Shown here piece after piece: positions 56,101 through 64,000 of a stretch of DNA of 64,000 nt. The notes below the pieces were generated by a model that did not search any database, had not been told where the DNA came from, and saw only the letters and a list, made by a program, of their open reading frames with translations. Within the stretch, counting starts at the first letter, position 1. Every line of letters begins with the position of its first letter. Location: NCBI GenBank assembly GCA_965649825.1, contig OZ287695.1:846981-910980 (forward strand). Direction: 5' to 3'. The stretch is from Penicillus capitatus. Lineage: Eukaryota; Plantae; Chlorophyta. The translations under genes were made by a program, and so were the position numbers.

Positions 56101-59100
56101 CTGGCAGCGAGAGATCGGTTAGGCTGCCCTGGCTGCCTCCACTGGCAGCCAGAGCAGTAAGTTGGCCTCCAGTGACGGCCAGAGCGGTCGGTAGGGTGTC
56201 CTGGCTGCCTCCACTGGCAACCAAAGCGGTGGGCTGGTCGCCCAATGCTGCCTCCACTGGCAGCCAGAGCAGTAAGTTGGCCTCCAGTGATGGCCAGAGC
56301 GGTCGGTAGGGTGCCCTGGCTGCCTCCACTGGCAGCCAAAGCGGTGGGCTGGTCGCCCATTGCTGCCTCCACTGGCAACCAAAGCGGTGGGCTGGTCGCC
56401 CATTGCTGCCTCCACTGGCAGCGAGAGATCGGTTAGGCTGCCCTGGCTGCCTCCACTGGCAGCCAGAGCAGTAAGTTGGCCTCCAGTGACGGCCAGAGCG
56501 GTCGGTAGGGTGTCCTGGCTGCCTCCAGTGGCAGCCAAAGCGGTGGGCTGGTCGCCCATTGCTGCCTCCACTGGCAGCCAAAGCGGTGGGCTGGTCGCCC
56601 ATTGCTGCCTCCACTGGCAGCCAAAGCGGTCGATAGGGTGCCCTGGCTGCCTCCACTGGCAGCCAGAGCAGTAAGTTGGCCTTCAGTGACGGCCAGAGCG
56701 GTCAGTAGGGTTCTCTGGCTGCCTCCACTGGCAGCCAAAGCGGTGGGCTGGTCGCCCATTGCTGCCTCGAGTGACAGCGAGAGATCGGGTAGGGTGCCCT
56801 GGCTGCCTCCACTGGCAGCCAGAGCAGTAAGTTGGCCTCCAGTGACGGCCAGAGCGGTCGGTAGGGTGCCCTGGCTGCCTCCAGTGGCAGCCAAAGCGGT
56901 GGGCTGGTCGCCCATTGCTGCCTCCACTGGCAGCCAAAGCGGTGGGCTGGTCGCCCATTGCTGCCTCCACTGGCAGCCAAAGCGGTCGATAGGGTGCCCT
57001 GGCTGCCTCCACTGGCAGCCAGAGCAGTAAGTTGGCCTTCAGTGACGGCCAGAGCGGTCAGTAGGGTTCTCTGGCTGCCTCCACTGGCAGCCAAAGCGGT
57101 GGGCTGGTCGCCCAATGCTGCCTCCACTGGCAGCGAGAGATCGGTTAGGCTGCCCTGGCTGCCTCCACTGGCAGCCAGAGCAGTAAGTTGGCCTCCAGTG
57201 ACGGCCAGAGCGGTCGGTAGGGTGCCCTGGCTGCCTCCAGTGGCAGCCAAAGCGGTGGGCTGGTCGCCCATTGCTGCCTCCACTGGCAGCCAAAGCGGTG
57301 GGCTGGTCGCCCATTGCTGCCTCCACTGGCAGCCAAAGCGGTCGATAGGGTGCCCTGGCTGCCTCCACTGGCAGCCAGAGCAGTAAGTTGGCCTTCAGTG
57401 ACGGCCAGAGCGGTCAGTAGGGTTCTCTGGCTGCCTCCACTGGCAGCCAAAGCGGTGGGCTGGTCGCCCATTGCTGCCTCGAGTGACAGCGAGAGATCGG
57501 GTAGGGTGCCCTGGCTGCCTCCACTGGCAGCCAGAGCAGTAAGTTGGCCTCCAGTGACGGCCAGAGCGGTCGGTAGGGTGTCCTGGCTGCCTCCAGTGGC
57601 AACCAAAGCGGTGGGCTGGTCGCCCATTGCTGCCTCCACTGGCAGCCAAAGCGGTGGGCTGGTCGCCCATTGCTGCCTCCACTGGCAGCCAAAGCGGTCG
57701 ATAGGGTGCCCTGGCTGCCTCCACTGGCAGCCAGAGCAGTAAGTTGGCCTTCAGTGACGGCCAGAGCGGTCAGTAGGGTTCTCTGGCTGCCTCCACTGGC
57801 AGCCAAAGCGGTGGGCTGGTCGCCCATTGCTGCCTCCACTGGCAGCGAGAGATCGGTTAGGCTGCCCTGGCTGCCTCCACTGGCAGCCAGAGCAGTAAGT
57901 TGGCCTCCAGTGACGGCCAGAGCGGTCGGTAGGGTGTCCTGGCTGCCTCCACTGGCAGCCAAAGCGGTGGGCTGGTCGCCCATGGCTGCCTCCACTGGCA
58001 ACGAGAGATCGGGTAGGGTGCCCTGGCTGCCTCCACTGGCAGCCAGAGCAGTAAGTTGGCCTTCAGTGACGGCCAGAGCGGTCGGTAGGGTGTCCTGGCT
58101 GCCTCCACTGGCAGCCAAAGCGGTCGATAGGGTGCCCTGGCTGCCTCCACTGGCAGCCAGAGCAGTAAGTTGGCCTTCAGTGACGGCCAGAGCGGTCAGT
58201 AGGGTTCTCTGGCTGCCTCCACTGGCAGCCAAAGCGGTGGGCTGGTCGCCCATTGCTGCCTCGAGTGACAGCGAGAGATCGGGTAGGGTGCCCTGGCTGC
58301 CTCCACTGGCAGCCAGAGCAGTAAGTTGGCCTCCAGTGACGGCCAGAGCGGTCGGTAGGGTGCCCTGGCTGCCTCCAGTGGCAACCAAAGCGGTGGGCTG
58401 GTCGCCCATTGCTGCCTCCACTGGCAGCCAAAGCGGTGGGCTGGTCGCCCATTGCTGCCTCCACTGGCAGCCAAAGCGGTGGGCTGGTCGCCCAATGCTG
58501 TCTCCACTGGCAGCGAGAGATCGGTTAGGCTGCCCTGGCTGCCTCCACTGGCAGCCAGAGCAGTAAGTTGGCCTCCAGTGACGGCCAGAGCGGTCGGTAG
58601 GGTGTCCTGGCTGCCTCCAGTGGCAACCAAAGCGGTGGGCTGGTCGCCCATTGCTGCCTCCACTGGCAGCCAAAGCGGTGGGCTGGTCGCCCATTGCTGC
58701 CTCCACTGGCAGCCAAAGCGGTCGATAGGGTGCCCTGGCTGCCTCCACTGGCAACCAAAGCGGTGGGCTGGTCGCCCAATGCTGTCTCCACTGGCAGCGA
58801 GAGATCGGTTAGGCTGCCCTGGCTGCCTCCACTGGCAGCCAGAGCAGTAAGTTGGCCTCCAGTGACGGCCAGAGCGGTCGGTAGGGTGTCCTGGCTGCCT
58901 CCACTGGCAACCAAAGCGGTGGGCTGGTCGCCCAATGCTGTCTCCACTGGCAGCGAGAGATCGGTTAGGCTGCCCTGGCTGCCTCCACTGGCAGCCAGAG
59001 CAGTAAGTTGGCCTCCAGTGACGGCCAGAGCGGTCGGTAGGGTGTCCTGGCTGCCTCCACTGGCAGCCAAAGCGGTGGGCTGGTCGCCCAATGCTGCCTC

Positions 59101-61740
59101 CACTGGCAGCGAGAGATCGGTTAGGCTGCCCTGGCTGCCTCCACTGGCAGCCAGAGCAGTAAGTTGGCCTCCAGTGACGGCCAGAGCGATCGGTAGGGTG
59201 CCCTGGCTGCCTCCAGTGGCAGCCAAAGCGGTGGGCTGGTCGCCCATTGCTGCCTCCACTGGCAGCCAAAGCGGTGGGCTGGTCGCCCATTGCTGCCTCC
59301 ACTGGCAGCCAAAGCGGTCGATAGGGTGCCCTGGCTGCCTCCACTGGCAGCCAGAGCAGTAAGTTGGCCTTCAGTGACGGCCAGAGCGGTCAGTAGGGTT
59401 CTCTGGCTGCCTCCACTGGCAGCCAAAGCGGTGGGCTGGTCGCCCATTGCTGCCTCCACTGGCAGCGAGAGATCGGTTAGGCTGCCCTGGCTGCCTCCAC
59501 TGGCAGCCAGAGCAGTAAGTTGGCCTCCAGTGACGGCCAGAGCGGTCGGTAGGGTGTCCTGGCTGCCTCCACTGGCAGCCAAAGCGGTGGGCTGGTCGCC
59601 CATGGCTGCCTCCACTGGCAACGAGAGATCGGGTAGGGTGCCCTGGCTGCCTCCACTGGCAGCCAGAGCAGTAAGTTGGCCTTCAGTGACGGCCAGAGCG
59701 GTCAGTAGGGTTCTCTGGCTGCCTCCACTGGCAGCCAAAGCGGTGGGCTGGTCGCCCATTGCTGCCTCCACTGGCAGCCAAAGCGGTGGGCTGGTCGCCC
59801 ATTGCTGCCTCCACTGGCAGCGAGAGATCGGTTAGGCTGCCCTGGCTGCCTCCACTGGCAGCCAGAGCAGTAAGTTGGCCTCCAGTGACGGCCAGAGCGG
59901 TCGGTAGGGTGTCCTGGCTGCCTCCAGTGGCAACCAAAGCGGTGGGCTGGTCGCCCATTGCTGCCTCCACTGGCAGCCAAAGCGGTGGGCTGGTCGCCCA
60001 TTGCTGCCTCCACTGGCAGCCAAAGCGGTCGATAGGGTGCCCTGGCTGCCTCCACTGGCAGCCAGAGCAGTAAGTTGGCCTTCAGTGACGGCCAGAGCGG
60101 TCAGTAGGGTTCTCTGGCTGCCTCCACTGGCAGCCAAAGCGGTTTGCTGGTCGCCCATTGCTGCCTCGAGTGACAGCGAGAGATCGGGTAGGGTGCCCTG
60201 GCTGCCTCCACTGGCAGCCAGAGCAGTAAGTTGGCCTCCAGTGACGGCCAGAGCGGTCGGTAGGGTGTCCTGGCTGCCTCCACTGGCAACCAAAGCGGTG
60301 GGCTGGTCGCCCAATGCTGTCTCCACTGGCAGCGAGAGATCGGTTAGGCTGCCCTGGCTGCCTCCACTGGCAGCCAGAGCAGTAAGTTGGCCTCCAGTGA
60401 CGGCCAGAGCGGTCGGTAGGGTGTCCTGGCTGCCTCCACTGGCAACCAAAGCGGTGGGCTGGTCGCCCAATGCTGCCTCCACTGGCAGCCAGAGCAGTAA
60501 GTTGGCCTCCAGTGACGGCCAGAGCGGTCGGTAGGGTGCCCTGGCTGCCTCCACTGGCAGCCAAAGCGGTGGGCTGGTCGCCCATTGCTGCCTCCACTGG
60601 CAGCCAGAGCAGTAAGTTGGCCTCCAGTGATGGCCAGAGCGGTCGGTAGGGTGCCCTGGCTGCCTCCACTGGCAGCCAAAGCGGTGGGCTGGTCGCCCAT
60701 TGCTGCCTCCACTGGCAGCCAAAGCGGTGGGCTGGTCGCCCATTGCTGCCTCCACTGGCAGCCAAAGCGGTCGATAGGGTGCCCTGGCTGCCTCCACTGG
60801 CAGCCAGAGCAGTAAGTTGGCCTTCAGTGACGGCCAGAGCGGTCAGTAGGGTGCCCTGGCTGCCTCCACTGGCAGCCAAAGCGGTGGGCTGGTCGCCCAA
60901 TGCTGCCTCCACTGGCAGCGAGAGATCGGTTAGGCTGCCCTGGCTGCCTCCACTGGCAGCCAGAGCAGTAAGTTGGCCTCCAGTGACGGCCAGAGCGGTC
61001 GGTAGGGTGTCCTGGCTGCCTCCACTGGCAACCAAAGCGGTGGGCTGGTCGCCCAATGCTGCCTCCACTGGCAGCCAGAGCAGTAAGTTGGCCTCCAGTG
61101 ATGGCCAGAGCGGTCGGTAGGGTGCCCTGGCTGCCTCCACTGGCAGCCAAAGCGGTGGGCTGGTCGCCCATTGCTGCCTCCACTGGCAGCCAAAGCGGTG
61201 GGCTGGTCGCCCATTGCTGCCTCCACTGGCAGCGAGAGATCGGTTAGGCTGCCCTGGCTGCCTCCACTGGCAGCCAGAGCAGTAAGTTGGCCTCCAGTGA
61301 CGGCCAGAGCGGTCGGTAGGGTGTCCTGGCTGCCTCCACTGGCAGCCAAAGCGGTGGGCTGGTCGCCCATGGCTGCCTCCACTGGCAACGAGAGATCGGG
61401 TAGGGTGCCCTGGCTGCCTCCACTGGCAGCCAAAGCGGTGGGCTGGTCGCCCAATGCTGCCTCCACTGGCAACCAAAGCGGTGGGCTGGTCGCCCAATGC
61501 TGCCTCGAGTGACAGCGAGAGATCGGGTAGGGTGCCCTGGCTGCCTCCACTGGCAGCCAGAGCAGTATAGTGGCCTCCAGTGACGGCCAGAGCGGTCGGT
61601 AGAGTGCCCTGGCTGCCTCCACTGGCAGCCAAAGCGGTGGGCTGGTCGCCCAATGCTGCCTCCACTGGCAGCCAAAGAAGTAAGTTGGCCTCCAGTGACG
61701 GCCAGATCGGTCGGTAGGGTGCCCATGGCTGCCTCCTCCA
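53105..61740. repeat. 8.6-kb GC-rich modular minisatellite with a palindromic core and higher-order repeats
   Basis: Core TGGCTGCC-TCCACT-GGCAGCCA (8-bp inverted repeat) joined to four recurrent modules of 72, 43, 42 and 41 bp. A 356-bp higher-order period is visible (e.g. 56602, 56958, 57314). Confidence 0.97.
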
Positions 61741-61779
61741 TCGGCGGCTAGACGTCAGGTTGGACGCCTCTATGTGTCT

Positions 61780-62930
61780 CCGGCGGCGGCGAGACTTTAT
61801 GGAGGTCTCATTGCAGCGACCACCGCCTCCATTGGCGGCCAGACGTCAGGTGGGCGCCTGCGACCGCCTCAAGCAGCGGCTAGACAATTGGTATGGCCCA
61901 GACGACGATCTCCAGCAGCAGCAAGAGCGTCAAACAGATCGTCCGTGATGGACTCCAACAACAGCAGCGCATCAGGTAGGGCGCAGGCAACGGTCTCCAA
62001 TGACAGCAGGGCAGCTGACAGATCATCATGAGGACCTCCAGCATCCAATAACAGCAAGAGCGGCAAGTGGATCATGTAAAACGGCCTCCAGTAGCCGCCT
62101 TACGTCAAGTAGGCAATCGACGAAGGTTCCCAGTCGCAGCAGAGCAGCTAACAGATCATCCCAGACTGCCTTCTGCCTCTAATGACGGCATATAGATCAT
62201 TATGGGGACATCCAGCCTCCAATCACAGCGTGACAGCAAACAGATCATCTGTGAAGGCCTCCGGGTCTCCAGCGGCATCAAGACAGCAGGTGGATCATCT
62301 ATGAAGGCCTCCAGCCCTCGACAGCAGCAGCAAGACATCAGGCAGGTGGATCTCCATGTCGGCCTTCAGCCTCCGTTGGCAGCAATACAGCACTAAGACA
62401 TCTGAGATAGCCTTCAGCCTCCAATGGCAGCAAGTAGAACATATGTGTCGGCCTCCATGCTCCAGACACAACAGAGCAGCAAGTAGATCATGTGAGACAT
62501 CCTCCAGCATAAAATGGCAGCAAGTAGAACATGGGTTTCGGCCTCAGGGCCTCCATCAGCAGCCGGTCAGCAAACAGATCATCCATGACAGACTTCAATG
62601 TGAGCAAGACATCAATACAGCATGTAGAACATCCGTCTCGGCCTCCAGCAATCAACAACAGCAAGTAGAACATCTATGACTGTCCTTAGCTTCAATCACA
62701 GCGAGATAGCAAACAGATCGTCAGGGATGCCTCCAGCCAGCCTCCAATGACAGCAATGCAGCAGGTAGATCATGCAGGACAGCCTCCAGCCTCCAATGAC
62801 AGCAACGCAGCAGGTAGATCATGCAGGACAGCCTCCAGCCTCCAATGACAGCAACGCAGCAGGTAGATCATGCAGGACAGCCTCCAGCCTCCAATGACAG
62901 CAACGCAGCAGGTAGATCATGCAGGACAGG
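61780..62930. repeat. Degenerate satellite-like flank including a 49-bp tandem repeat (about 4 copies, about 62738-62929)
   Basis: Recurrent gcctccag / gcagcaagtagatcatg motifs; unit cagcctccagcctccaatgacagcaacgcagcaggtagatcatgcagga. Confidence 0.8.
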
Positions 62931-63229
62931 CTCCAAGTAAAACACCGAATGCGCTTCGACAGCCTCCAAGCAAAAAACAGCTAACACAGAGCCAACCACA
63001 GCAAAGCGGAGGTGGAATGGCAGAGAAACATCAAAAGAAAGAAAACAGCCCTTTATTCTCTTAGTCACACTTTTCAGAGTGTGACTTTTTATTCTTTATT
63101 CTTTATTTTTCTCACACAACAAAAAAGTGTGAGATGTGAGACTGAAAAAGAAAACTTTTTGTTTTGTTTTGATTTTTCACAGCCCCTAGAAAACAGCTCA
63201 AAGATCAGAGATCTGTCACCCCATCTGTC

Positions 63230-64000
63230 CTAAAACTGGACAGAAACCTGCACAAAAGGCAAAGCATAAGAGAGACGAGAGAAAAAGAAATTCACTTACG
63301 CAGGTTCCAGACATGAAGAACAGACGTTCTGGGATGGCTGCCGAACCGATCCGGACACATTCGCCCGACATAAAATACGGACGGCGGTGGAATCCTGGTG
63401 GAGTGACTGGAAAAATGAAGGGACGGGGAGGGATGGGAGGAGGGGCATTCAGAGAGAAGATGGAGGTCCGTTGGGGGAAGGGAGGAGGTCGAGCCGGGAG
63501 GGAGAAAAGCAGCGGACGAGACGGAATTAGAGGCGAGGGAGCGGCAGGAATACAAAATACTTGTGGGCGGGGAGGAAACAATGGAGTCTGGACAGGCTGG
63601 CAGGCTGGCGGCTGGGTAGGCTGTAAGAACGGAGGAGGTGTGGCAGCTTCGGTGGACGCTGGCGGCGCTGGGGACCACTCCATGTGGCGAGACTGGGAAG
63701 GCAGCGACTCTGGCGGAGGAGTGGCTGGTTGGGATGCTCGCGGCGCTGCCGGCTGGGCAGGAGACCACTCCATGCGGAACGGCTGGAAGCAGAAGGGCTC
63801 CGAGGCTGGCGGCTGGACAGGCGGCGGCACGGCTGTCGGCGTTGCCGGCGTGGCCGGCTGGGAAGGCTGCTGCGCGGAGCGCTGGGAGGCGGAATGCTGC
63901 GAGGCCGGCTGGGCAGGCGGTGTCGCGGAGCGCTGGGAGGCGGCATGCCGCGAAGCCATCGGCGGCGTGCCATGCGGCGCGGAGGCGGAATGTTGCTGGG
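63230..64000 (-). CDS. C-terminal Pro/Ala/Ser/Gln-rich part of a gene that starts beyond the window; last intron about 63298-63248
   Basis: The frame is open to the window edge; it contains a duplicated MEWSPA motif and a canonical acc tgc|gtaagt...tgtgcag|gtt tct gtc cag ttt tag ending. Confidence 0.5.

Noticed and set aside
53160-61100. Perfect GTAAGT donor-like motif in every A module (plus strand), and the idea that 43-nt B modules are GC-AG introns on the minus strand
   Set aside because: No consistent acceptor or frame-restoring pattern. Removing one B module from a B-B-C run does not restore frame (85 nt remain).
53105-61740. CRISPR-like look (palindromic repeat plus spacers)
   Set aside because: The intervening sequences are four recurring modules rather than unique spacers, no cas-like gene is visible, and the context is eukaryotic and intron-rich.
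53048-61741. Dozens of overlapping ORFs on both strands in the array
   Set aside because: They are translations of the same few stop-poor repeat modules, not independent genes.
63063-63191. Helitron 3' end (hairpin plus CTAG at about 63188)
   Set aside because: The hairpins are too far from the CTAG, are AT-rich rather than GC-rich, and no 5' TC terminus or Rep/Hel coding sequence is visible.
1-64000. Alternative nuclear code (TAA/TAG = Gln) as in some ulvophytes
   Set aside because: Genes end cleanly at TAA, TAG and TGA, and the conserved domains I traced have no in-frame TAA/TAG.

Overview
Gene-dense eukaryotic nuclear DNA with tiny spliceosomal introns (those I could place by hand are about 41-56 nt) and the standard genetic code. 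Plastid-type MutS2, a TLC/NTT nucleotide transporter and transit-peptide-like leaders point to a green alga; a siphonous ulvophyte-like lineage is my inference only. Housekeeping genes are an AAA ATPase, a mitochondrial carrier, MutS2, UBTD-like, FHA-like, F-box/LRR, SOUL, NTT and Vps15. They are mixed with accessory loci: two tandem Cys-rich membrane proteins, two intact secreted trypsin-ankyrin fusion genes with one exon per repeat plus a third chimeric remnant, a VWA-Cache-C-type-lectin protein, a STRA6-like membrane protein and a SAMHD1-like pseudogene. The standout is a very young, intact 4,647-bp Ty3/Gypsy retrotransposon (43129-47775, minus strand; identical 139-bp LTRs, CTAA target duplication). 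Its Gag begins with a ubiquitin/SUMO-like domain ending in Gly-Gly, and its pol is reached through an A_AAA_AAC slippery site followed by a predicted H-type pseudoknot. Also notable are frequent GC-AG introns and an 8.6-kb modular hairpin-core minisatellite (53105-61740) that appears to sit inside the remains of a spliced ORF. All assignments come from motif recognition by eye; no searches were run.
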